Source: Paragordius varius (lineage: Eukaryota > Animalia > Nematomorpha). Taken from it: a stretch of DNA of 64,000 bases. Each line of letters starts with the position of its first letter. Within the stretch, counting starts at the first letter, position 1. Location: contig OZ176052.1 in the NCBI GenBank assembly GCA_964247055.1, positions 13,206,001-13,270,000 on the forward strand, written 5' to 3'. A model generated the notes under the pieces. The model did not search any database and had not been told where the DNA came from. It saw nothing but the letters and a program-made list of their open reading frames with translations. Positions 26,196 to 38,741 of this stretch are shown here, in pieces. Both the position numbers and the translations under genes were made by a program.

Positions 26196-29100
26196 AACGA
26201 TACTTTAAAAATTAATGTGTTAAACTAGTCGCATCGATACTCAAGTTAAACTTTGTCCTTAAAAATCGGATATTGGTCACCGGTGAACATAATTATTTTT
26301 TATACATTCTCTTAGTAAAACTACATCAAAATATAGAGATAGTTTGACAAACTCTTTCATATCCGATTTTTACAACGATACTTTAAAAATTAATGTGTTA
26401 AACTAGTCGCATCGATACTCAAGTTAAACTTTGTCCTTAAAAATCGGATATTGGTCACCGGTGAACAAAACACTTTTTTATACATTCACTTAGTAAGACT
26501 ACATCAAAATATAGAGATAGGTTGACAAACTCTTTCATATCCGATTTTTACAACGATACTTTAAAAATTAATGTATTAAACTAGTCGCATCAATACTCAA
26601 GTTAAACTTTGTCCTTAAAAATCGGATATTGGTCACCGGTGAACATAATTATTTTTTATACATTCTCTTAGTAAAACTACATCAAAATATAGAGATAGTT
26701 TGACAAACTCTTTCATATCCGATTTTTACAACGATACTTTAAAAATTAATGTGTTAAATTAGTCGCATCGATACTCAAGTTAAACTTTGTCCTTAAAAAT
26801 CGGATATTGGTCACCGGTGAACAAAATTATTTTTTATACATTCTCTTAGCAAGACTACATCAAAATATAAAGATAGTTTGACAAACTCTTTCATATCCGA
26901 TTTTTACAACGATACTTTAAAAATTAATGTATAAAACTAGTCGTATCAATAAATCGCATCAATACTCAAGTTAAACTTTGTCCTTAAAAATCGGATATTG
27001 GTCACCGGTGAACATAATTTTTTTTTATACATTCTCTTAGTAAGACTACATCAAAATATAGAGATAGTTTGACAAACTCTTTCATATCCGATTTTTACAA
27101 CGATACTTTAAAAATTAATGTGTTAAACTAGTCGCATCGATACTCAAGTTAAACTTTGTCCTTAAAAATCGGATATTGGTCACCGGTGAACAAAATTATT
27201 TTTTATACATTCTCTTAGCAAGACTACATTAAAATATAGAGATAGTTTGACAGACTCTTTCATATCCGATTTTTACAACCATACTTTATAAATTAATGTA
27301 TAAAACTAGTCGTATCAATAAGTCGCATCAATACTCAAGTTAAACTTTGTCCTTAAAAATCGGATATTGGTAACCGGTGAACTAAATAATTTTTTATACA
27401 TTCACTTAGTAAGACTACATCAAAATATAGAGATAGTTTGACAAACTCTTTCATACCCGATTTTTACAACGATACTTTAAAAATTAATGAACTAGTCGCA
27501 TCGATACTCAAGTTAAACTTTGTCCTTAAAAATCGGATATTGGTCACCGGTGAAAAAAATTATTTTTTATACATTCTCTTAGCAAGACTACATCAAAATA
27601 TAGAGATAGTTTGACAAACTCTTTCATATCCGATTTTTACAACCATACTTTATAAATTAATGTATAAAACTAGTCGTATCAATAAGTCGCATCAATACTC
27701 AAGTTAAACTTTGTCCTTAAAAATCGGATATAGGTAACCGGTGAACAAAACACTTTTTTATACATTCACTTAGTAAGACTACATCAAAATATAGAGATAG
27801 GTTGACAAACTCTTTCATATCCGATTTTTACAACGATACTTTAAAAATTAATGTATTAAACTAGTCGCATCAATACTCAAGTTAAACTTTGTCCTTAAAA
27901 ATCTGATATTGGTCACTGGTGAATATAATTATTTTTTATACATTCTCTTAGTAAAACTACATCAAAATATAGAGATAGTTTGACAAACTCTTTCATATCC
28001 GATTTTTACAACGATACTTTAAAAATTAATGTGTTAAACTAGTCGCATCGATACTCAAGTTAAACTTTGTCCTTAAAAATCGGATATTGGTCACCGGTGA
28101 ACAAAATTATTTTTTATACATTCTCTAGCAAGACTACATCAAAATATAGAGATAGTTTGACAAACTCTTTCATATCCGATTTTTACAACCATACTTTATA
28201 AATTAATGTATAAAACTAGTCGTATTAATAAATCGCATCAATACTCAAGTTAAACTTTGTCCTTAAAAATCGGATATTGGTCACCGGTGAACATAATTAT
28301 TTTTTATACATTCTCTTAGTAAGACTACATCAAAATATAGAGATAGTTTGACAACTCTTTCATATCCGATTTTTACAACGATACTTTAAAAATTAATGTG
28401 TTAAACTAGTCGCATCGATACTCAAGTTAAACTTTGTCCTTAAAAATCGCTGGTCACCGGTGAAAAAAATTATTTTTTATACATTCTCTTAGCAAGACTA
28501 CATCAAAATATAGAGATAGTTTGACAAACTCTTTCATATCCGATTTTTACAACCATACTTTATAAATTAATGTATAAAACTAGTCGTATCAATAAGTCGC
28601 ATCAATACTCAAGTTAAACTTTGTCCTTAAAAATCGGATATAGGTAACCGGTGAACAAAATACTTTTTTATACATTCACTTAGTAAGACTACATCAAAAT
28701 ATAGAGATAGTTTGACAACTCTTTCATATCCGATTTTTACAACGATACTTTAAAAATTAATGTGTTAAACTAGTCGCATCGATACTCAAGTTAAACTTTG
28801 TCCTTAAAAATCGGATATTGGTCACCGGTGAACATAATTATTTTTTATACATTCTCTTAGTAAAACTACATCAAAATATAGAGATAGTTTGACAAACTCT
28901 TTCATATCCGATTTTTACAACGATACTTTAAAAATTAATGTGTTAAACTAGTCGCATCGATACTCAAGTTAAACTTTGTCCTTAAAAATCGGATATTGGT
29001 CACCGGTGAACAAAACACTTTTTTATACATTCACTTAGTAAGACTACATCAAAATATAGAGATAGGTTGACAAACTCTTTCATATCCGATTTTTACAACG

Positions 29101-31100
29101 ATACTTTAAAAATTAATGTATTAAACTAGTCGCATCAATACTCAAGTTAAACTTTGTCCTTAAAAATCGGATATTGGTCACCGGTGAACATAATTATTTT
29201 TTATACATTCTCTTAGTAAAACTACATCAAAATATAGAGATAGTTTGACAAACTCTTTCATATCCGATTTTTACAACGATACTTTAAAAATTAATGTGTT
29301 AAACTAGTCGCATCGATACTCAAGTTAAACTTTGTCCTTAAAAATCGGATATTGGTCACCGGTGAACAAAATTATTTTTTATACATTCTCTTAGCAAGAC
29401 TACATCAAAATATAAAGATAGTTTGACAAACTCTTTCATATCCGATTTTTACAACGATACTTTAAAAATTAATGTATAAAACTAGTCGTATCAATAAATC
29501 GCATCAATACTCAAGTTAAACTTTGTCCTTAAAAATCGGATATTGGTCACCGGTGAACATAATTTTTTTTTATACATTCTCTTAGTAAGACTACATCAAA
29601 ATATAGAGATAGTTTGACAAACTCTTTCATATCCGATTTTTACAACGATACTTTAAAAATTAATGTGTTAAACTAGTCGCATCGATACTCAAGTTAAACT
29701 TTGTCCTTAAAAATCGGATATTGGTCACCGGTGAACAAAATTATTTTTTATACATTCTCTTAGCAAGACTACATTAAAATATAGAGATAGTTTGACAGAC
29801 TCTTTCATATCCGATTTTTACAACCATACTTTATAAATTAATGTATAAAACTAGTCGTATCAATAAGTCGCATCAATACTCAAGTTAAACTTTGTCCTTA
29901 AAAATCGGATATTGGTAACCGGTGAACTAAATAATTTTTTATACATTCACTTAGTAAGACTACATCAAAATATAGAGATAGTTTGACAAACTCTTTCATA
30001 CCCGATTTTTACAACGATACTTTAAAAATTAATGAACTAGTCGCATCGATGCTCAAGTTAAACTTTGTCCTTAAAAATCGGATATTGGTCACCGGTGAAA
30101 AAAATTATTTTTTATACATTCTCTTAGCAAGACTACATCAAAATATAGAGATAGTTTGACAAACTCTTTCATATCCGATTTTTACAACCATACTTTATAA
30201 ATTAATGTATAAAACTAGTCGTATCAATAAGTCGCATCAATACTCAAGTTAAACTTTGTCCTTAAAAATCGGATATAGGTAACCGGTGAACAAAACACTT
30301 TTTTATACATTCACTTAGTAAGACTACATCAAAATATAGAGATAGGTTGACAAACTCTTTCATATCCGATTTTTACAACGATACTTTAAAAATTAATGTA
30401 TTAAACTAGTCGCATCAATACTCAAGTTAAACTTTGTCCTTAAAAATCTGATATTGGTCACTGGTGAATATAATTATTTTTTATACATTCTCTTAGTAAA
30501 ACTACATCAAAATATAGAGATAGTTTGACAAACTCTTTCATATCCGATTTTTACAACGATACTTTAAAAATTAATGTGTTAAACTAGTCGCATCGATACT
30601 CAAGTTAAACTTTGTCCTTAAAAATCGGATATTGGTCACCGGTGAACAAAATTATTTTTTATACATTCTCTAGCAAGACTACATCAAAATATAGAGATAG
30701 TTTGACAAACTCTTTCATATCCGATTTTTACAACGATACTTTAAAAATTAATGTGTTAAACTAGTCGCATCGATACTCAAGTTAAACTTTGTCCTTAAAA
30801 ATCGGATATTGGTCACCGGTGAAAAAAATTATTTTTTATACATTCTCTTAGCAAGACTACATCAAAATATAGAGATAGTTTGACAAACTCTTTCATATCC
30901 GATTTTTACAACCATACTTTATAAATTAATGTATAAAACTAGTCGTATCAATAAGTCGCATCAATACTCAAGTTAAACTTTGTCCTTAAAAATCGGATAT
31001 AGGTAACCGGTGAACAAAATACTTTTTTATACATTCACTTAGTAAGACTACATCAAAATATAGAGATAGTTTGACAAACTCTTTCATATCCGATTTTTAC
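26196..31100. repeat. Large higher-order duplication: 14-mer (2545 bp) followed by a 13-mer copy (2360 bp)
   Basis: Copies are 26196-28740 and 28741-31100. Ordered markers AGTAAAACT, AAAACACTT+GATAGGTT, CATACCCG and ATCTGAT+CACTGGTGAATATA. The second copy lacks the 190-bp monomer at 28187. Confidence 0.88.
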
Positions 31101-32004
31101 AACGATACTTTAAAAATTAATGTATTAAACTAGTCGCATCAATACTCAAGTTAAACTTTGTCCTTAAAAATCGGATATTGGTCACCGGTGAACAAAATTA
31201 TTTTTTATACATTCTCTTAGTAAGACTACATCAAAATATAGAGATAGTGTGACAAACTCTTTCATATCCGATTTTCACAACGATACTTTAAAAATTAATG
31301 TATTAAACTAGTCGCATCAATACTCAAGTTAAACTTTGTCCTTAAAAATCGGATATTGGTCACCGGTGAACAAAATTATTTTTTATACATTCTCTTAGCA
31401 AGACTACATCAAAATATAGAGATAGTTTGAAGAAACTCTTTCATATCCGATTTTTACAACGATACTTTATAAATTAATGTATAAAACATGTCGTATCAAT
31501 AAGTCGCATCAATACTCAAGTTAAACTTTGTCCTTAAAAATCGGATATTGGTCACCGGTGAACAAAATTATTTTTTATACATTCTCTTAGTAAGACTACA
31601 TCAAATTATAGAGATAGTTTGACAAACTCTTTCATATCCGATTTTTACAACGATACTTTAAAAATTATGGTATTCAACCAGTCGCATCAATACTCAAGTT
31701 AAACTTTGTCCTTAAAAATCGGATATTGGTCACCGGTAAACAAAATTATTTTTTATACATTCTCTTAGTAAGACTACATCAAAATATAGAGATACTTTGA
31801 CAAACTCTATCATATCCTATTTTTACAACGATACTTTATAAATTAATGTATAAAACTAGTCGCATGATTACTCAAGTTAAACTTTGTCCTTAAAAATCGG
31901 ATATTTGTCACCGGTGAACAAAATTATTTTTTATACATTCTCTTAGTAGGACTACATCAAAATATAGAGATAGTTTGACAAACTCTTTCATATCCCATTT
32001 TTAC

Positions 32005-33518
32005 AACGATACTTTATAAATTAATGTATAAAACTAGTCGTATCAATAAGTCGCATCAATACTCAAGTTTAACTTTGTCCTTAAAAATCGGATATTGGTC
32101 ACCGGTGAACAAAATAATTTTTTATACATTCTCTTAGTAAGACTACATCAAAATATAGAGATAGTTTAAAAAACTCTTTCATATCCGATTTTTACAACGA
32201 TACTTTATAAATTAATGTATAAAACTAGTCGTATCAATAAGTCGCATCAATACTCAAGTTAAACTTTGTCCTCAAAAATCGGATATTGGTCACCGGTGAA
32301 CAAAATAATTTTTTATACATTCTTTTAGTAAGACTACATCAAAATATAGAGATAGTTTGACAAAATCTTTCATATCCGATTTTTACAACGATACTTTATA
32401 AATTAATGTATAAAACTAGTCGTATCAATAAGTCGCATCAATACTCAAGTTAAACTTTGTCCTCAAAAATCGGATATTGGTCACCGGTGAACAAAATAAT
32501 TTTTTATACATTCTTTTAGTAAGACTACATCAAAATATAGAGATAGTTTGACAAAATCTTTCATATCCGATTTTTACAACGATACTTTAAAAATTACTGT
32601 ATTAAACTAGTCGCATCAATACTCAAGTTAAACTTTGTCCTTAAAAATCGAATATTGGTCACCGGTGAACAAAATTATTTTTTATACATTCTCTTAGTAA
32701 GACTACATCAAAATATAGAGATAGTTTGACAAAATCTTTCATATCCGATTTTTACAACGATACTTTATAAATTAATGTATAAAACTAGTCGTATCAATAA
32801 GTCGCATCAATACTCAAGTTAAACTTTGTCCTCAAAAATCGGATATTGGTCACCGGTGACAAAATAATTTTTTATACATTCTTTTAGTAAGACTACATCA
32901 AAATATAGAGATAGTTTGACAAACTCTTTCATATCCTATTTTTACAACGATACTTTATAAATTAATGTATATAACTAGTCGTATCAATAAGTCGCATCAA
33001 TACTCAAGTTAAACTTTGTCCTTAAAAATCGGATATTGGTCACCGGTGAACAAAATAATTTTTTATACATTCTCTTAGTAAGACTACATCAAAATATAGT
33101 GATAGTTTGACAAACTCTTTCATATCCGATTTTTACAACGATACTTTATAAATTAATGTATAAAACTAGTCGTATCAATAAGTCGCATCAATACTCAAGT
33201 TAAACTTTGTCCTTAAAAATCGGATATTGGTCACCGGTGAACAAAATAATTTTTTATACATTCTCTTAGTAAGACTACATCAAAATATAGAGATAGTTTG
33301 ACAAACTCTTTCATATCCGATTTTTACAACGATACTTTATAAATTAATGTATAAAACTAGTCGTATCAATAAGTCGCATCAATACTCAAGTTTAACTTTG
33401 TCCTTAAAAATCGGATATTGGTCACCGGTGAACAAAATTATTTTTTATACATTCTCTTAGTAAGACTACATCAAATTATAGAGATAGTTTGACAAACTCT
33501 TTCATATCCGATTTTTAC
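32005..33518. repeat. Run of long monomers (7 of 8 are 190-191 bp)
   Basis: Starts at 32005, 32196, 32387, (32578 short), 32756, 32946, 33137 and 33328. All long ones carry TTATAAA+AATAAGTCG. The monomers at 32196 and 32387 share CCTCAAA, CTTTTAG and CAAAATCT. Confidence 0.9.
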
Positions 33519-33696
33519 AACGATACTTTAAAAATTATGGTATTAAACCAGTCGCATCAATACTCAAGTTAAACTTTGTCCTTAAAAATCGGATATTGGT
33601 CACCGGTGAACAAAATTATTTTTTATACATTCTCTTAGTAAGACTACATCAAAATATAGAGATAGTTTGACAAACTCTTTCATATCCGATTTTTAC

Positions 33697-36600
33697 AACG
33701 ATACTTTAAAAATTAATCTATAAAACTAGTCGCATGATTACTCAAGTTAAACTTTGTCCTTAAAAATCGGATATTTGTCACCGGTGAACAAAATTATTTT
33801 TTATACATTCTCTTAGTAGGACTACATATAAATATAGAGATAGTTTGGCAAACTCTTTCATATCCGATTTTTACAACAATACTTTAAAAATTAATGTATA
33901 AAACTAGTCGCATGATTACTCAAGTTTAACTTTGTCCTTAAAAATCGGATTTTGTCACCGGTGAACAAAATAATTTTTTATACATTCTCTTAGTAAGACT
34001 ACATCAAAATATAGAGATATTTTAACAAACTCTTTCATATCCGATTTTTACAACGATACTTTAAAAATTAATGTATTAAACTAGTCGCATCAATAAGTCG
34101 CATCAATACTCATGTTAAACTTTGTCCTTAAAAATCGGATATTGGTCACCGGTGAACAAAATTATTTTTTATACATTCTCTTAGTAAGACTACATCAAAA
34201 TATAGAGATAGTTTGACAAACTCTTTCATATCCGATTTTTACAACGATACTTTAAAAATTAATGTATAAAACTAGTCGCATCAATACTTAAGTTAAACTT
34301 TATCCTTAAAAATTGGATATTGGTCACCGGTGAACAAAATAATTTTATATACATTCTCTTAGTAAGACTACATCAAAATATAGAGATAGTTTGACAAACT
34401 CTTTCATATCCGATTTTTACAACGATACTTTAAAAATTATGGTATTTAACTAGTCGCATCAATACTCAAATTAAACTTTGTCCTTAAAAATCGGATATTG
34501 GTCACCGGTGAACAAAATTATTTTTTATATATTCTCTTAGCAAGACTACATCAAAATATAGAGATAGTTTGACAAACTCTTTCATATCCGATTTTCACAA
34601 CGATACTTTAAAAATTAATGTATAAAACTAGTCGTATCAATAAATCGCATCAATACTCAAGTTAAACTTTGTCCTTAAAAATCGGATATTGGTCACCGGT
34701 GAACAAAATTATTTTTTATACATTCTCTTAGTAGGACTACATCAAAATATAGAGATAGTTTGGCAAACTCTTTCATATCCGATTTTTACAACGATACTTT
34801 AAAAATTAATGTATAAAACTAGTCGCATCAACACTCAAGTTAAACTTTGTCCTTAAAAATCGGATATTGGTCACCGGTGAACAAAATAATTTTTTATACA
34901 TTCTCTTAGTAGGACTACATCAAAATATAGAGATAGTTTGGCAAACTCTTTCATATCCGATTTTTACAACGATACTTTAAAAATTAATGTATAAAACTAG
35001 TCGCATCAACACTCAAGTTTAACTTTGTCCTTAAAAATCGGATATTGGTCACCGGTGAACAAAATTATTTTTTATACATTCTCTTAGTAAGACTACATCA
35101 AATTATAGAGATAGTTTGACAAACTCTTTCATATCCGATTTTTACAACGATACTTTAAAAATTATGGTATTAAACTAGTCGCATCAATACTCAAGTTAAA
35201 CTTTGTCCTTAAAAATCGGATATTGGTCACCGGTGAACAAAATTATTTTTTATACATTCTCTTAGTAAGACTACATCAAAATATAGAGATAGTTTGACAA
35301 ACTCTTTCATATCCGATTTTTACAACGATACTTTAAAAATTAATGTATTAAACTAGTCGCATCAATACTCAAATTAAACTTTGTCCTTAAAAATCGGATA
35401 TTGGTCACCGGTGAACAAAATTATTTTTTATATATTCTCTTAGCAAGACTACATCAAAATATAGAGATAGTTTGACAAACTCTTTCATATCCGATTTTCA
35501 CAACGATACTTTAAAAATTAATGTATAAAACTAGTCGTATCAATAAATCGCATCAATACTCAAGTTAAACTTTGTCCTTAAAAATCGGATATTGGTCACC
35601 GGTGAACAAAATTATTTTTTATACATTCTCTTAGTAGGACTACATCAAAATATAGAGATAGTTTGGCAAACTCTTTCATATCCGATTTTTACAACGATAC
35701 TTTAAAAATTAATGTATAAAACTAGTCGCATCAACACTCAAGTTAAACTTTGTCCTTAAAAATCGGATATTGGTCACCGGTGAACAAAATAATTTTTTAT
35801 ACATTCTCTTAGTAGGACTACATCAAAATATAGAGATAGTTTGGCAAACTCTTTCATATCCGATTTTTACAACGATACTTTAAAAATTAATGTATAAAAC
35901 TAGTCGCATCAACACTCAAGTTTAACTTTGTCCTTAAAAATCGGATATTGGTCACCGGTGAACAAAATTATTTTTTATACATTCTCTTAGTAAGACTACA
36001 TCAAATTATAGAGATAGTTTGACAAACTCTTTCATATCCGATTTTTACAACGATACTTTAAAAATTATGGTATTAAACTAGTCGCATCAATACTCAAGTT
36101 AAACTTTGTCCTTAAAAATCGGATATTGGTCACCGGTGAACAAAATTATTTTTTATACATTCTCTTAGTAGGACTACATCAAAATATAGAGATAGTTTGG
36201 CAAACTCTTTCATATCCGATTTTTACAACGATACTTTAAAAATTAATGTATAAAACTAGTCGCATCAACACTCAAGTTAAACTTTGTCCTTAAAAATCGG
36301 ATATTGGTCACCGGTGAACAAAATAATTTTTTATACATTCTCTTAGTAGGACTACATCAAAATATAGAGATAGTTTGGCAAACTCTTTCATATCCGATTT
36401 TTACAACGATACTTTAAAAATTAATGTATTAAACTAGTCGCATCAATACTCAAGTTAAACTTTGTCCTTAAAAATCGGATATTGGTCACCGGTGAACAAA
36501 ATTATTTTTTATACATTCTCTTAGTAAGACTACATCAAAATATAGAGATAGTTTGACAAACTCTTTCATATCCGATTTTTACAACGATACTTTAAAAATT

Positions 36601-37675
36601 AATCTATAAAACTAGTCGCATGATTACTCAAGTTAAACTTTGTCCTTAAAAATCGGATATTTGTCACCGGTGAACAAAATTATTTTTTATACATTCTCTT
36701 AGTAGGACTACATATAAATATAGAGATAGTTTGGCAAACTCTTTCATATCCGATTTTTACAACAATACTTTAAAAATTAATGTATAAAACTAGTCGCATG
36801 ATTACTCAAGTTTAACTTTGTCCTTAAAAATCGGATTTTGTCACCGGTGAACAAAATAATTTTTTATACATTCTCTTAGTAAGACTACATCAAAATATAG
36901 AGATATTTTAACAAACTCTTTCATATCCGATTTTTACAACGATACTTTAAAAATTAATGTATTAAACTAGTCGCATCAATAAGTCGCATCAATACTCATG
37001 TTAAACTTTGTCCTTAAAAATCGGATATTGGTCACCGGTGAACAAAATTATTTTTTATACATTCTCTTAGTAAGACTACATCAAAATATAGAGATAGTTT
37101 GACAAACTCTTTCATATCCGATTTTTACAACGATACTTTAAAAATTAATGTATAAAACTAGTCGCATCAATACTTAAGTTAAACTTTATCCTTAAAAATT
37201 GGATATTGGTCACCGGTGAACAAAATAATTTTATATACATTCTCTTAGTAAGACTACATCAAAATATAGAGATAGTTTGACAAACTCTTTCATATCCGAT
37301 TTTTACAACGATACTTTAAAAATTATGGTATTTAACTAGTCGCATCAATACTCAAATTAAACTTTGTCCTTAAAAATCGGATATTGGTCACCGGTGAACA
37401 AAATTATTTTTTATATATTCTCTTAGCAAGACTACATCAAAATATAGAGATAGTTTGACAAACTCTTTCATATCCGATTTTCACAACGATACTTTAAAAA
37501 TTAATGTATAAAACTAGTCGTATCAATAAATCGCATCAATACTCAAGTTAAACTTTGTCCTTAAAAATCGGATATTGGTCACCGGTGAACAAAATTATTT
37601 TTTATACATTCTCTTAGTAGGACTACATCAAAATATAGAGATAGTTTGGCAAACTCTTTCATATCCGATTTTTAC
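33697..37675. repeat. 6-monomer block duplicated at 2886-bp offset, enclosing a 5-mer (903-bp) tandem repeat
   Basis: 33697-34789 matches 36583-37675 (AATCTAT, CATATAAAT, GGATTTTGT, CATGTT, CTTAAGTT). 2886 = 16x178 + 39 - 1. The inner 903-bp period runs 34599 to 35502 (CAACACT, CAAATTATA). Confidence 0.87.
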
Positions 37676-38741
37676 AACGATACTTTAAAAATTAATGTAT
37701 AAAACTAGTCGCATCAACACTCAAGTTAAACTTTGTCCTTAAAAATCGAATATTTGTCACCGGTGAACAAAATTATTTTTTATACATTCTCTTAGTAAGA
37801 CTACATCAAAATATAGAGTTAGTTTGACAAACTCTTTCATATCCGATTTTTACAACGATACTTTAAAAATTAATGTGTTAAACTAGTGTCATCAATACTC
37901 AAGCTAAACTTTGTCCTTAAAAATCGGATATTGGTCACCGGTGAACAAAATAAATTTTTATACATTCTCTTAGTAAGACTACATCAAAATATAGAGATAG
38001 TTTGACAAAATCTTTCATATCCGATTTTTACAACGATACTTTAAAAATTATGGTATTAAACCAGTCGCATCAATACTCAAGTTAAACTTTGTCCTTAAAA
38101 ATCGGATATTGGTCACCGGTGAACAAAATTATTTTTTATACATTCTCTTAGTAAGACTACATCAAAATATAGAGTTAGTTTGACAAACTCTTTCATATCC
38201 GATTTTTACCACGATACTTTAAAAATTAATGTGTTAAACTAGTGGCATCAATACTCAAGCTAAACTTTGTCCTTAAATATCGAATATTGGTCCCCGGTGA
38301 ACAAAATTATTTTTTATACATTCTCTTAGTAACTACATCAAAATATAGAGATAGTTTGACAAACTCTTTCATATCCGATTTTTACAACGATACTTTAAAA
38401 ATTATGGTATTAAACCAGTCGCATCAATACTCAAGTTAAACTTTGTCCTTAAAAATCAGATATTGGTCACCGGTGAACAAAATTATTTTTTATACATTCT
38501 CTTAGTAAGACTACATCAAAATATAGAGATAGTTTGACAAACTCTTTCATATCCGATTTTTACAACGATACTTTAAAAATTATGGTATTAAACCAGTCGC
38601 ATCAATACTCAAGTTAAACTTTGTCCTTAAAATACGGATATTGGTCACCGGTGAAGAAAATAATTTTTTATACATTCTCTTAGTAAGACTACATCAAAAT
38701 ATAGAGATAGTTTGACAAACTCTTTCATATCCGATTTTTAC

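Larger units (their letters stand above)
12469..31100. repeat. Satellite sub-domain II, rich in long monomers, with private variants
   Basis: Markers GCATCGATAC, GAACTAAAT, AATGAACTAG (5-bp deletion), CATTAAAAT+GACAGACTC, CTCTAGCA and GACAACTC were seen only here. Close to half of the monomers are 191 bp. Confidence 0.85.

Noticed and set aside
38242-38439. 65-aa ORF from the ORF track
   Set aside because: It starts at GTG, created by a point variant (GTCGCA>GTGGCA), and is extended by a 2-bp deletion (AGTAACTAC). Its similarity to the other ORF simply reflects translation of the same monomer.
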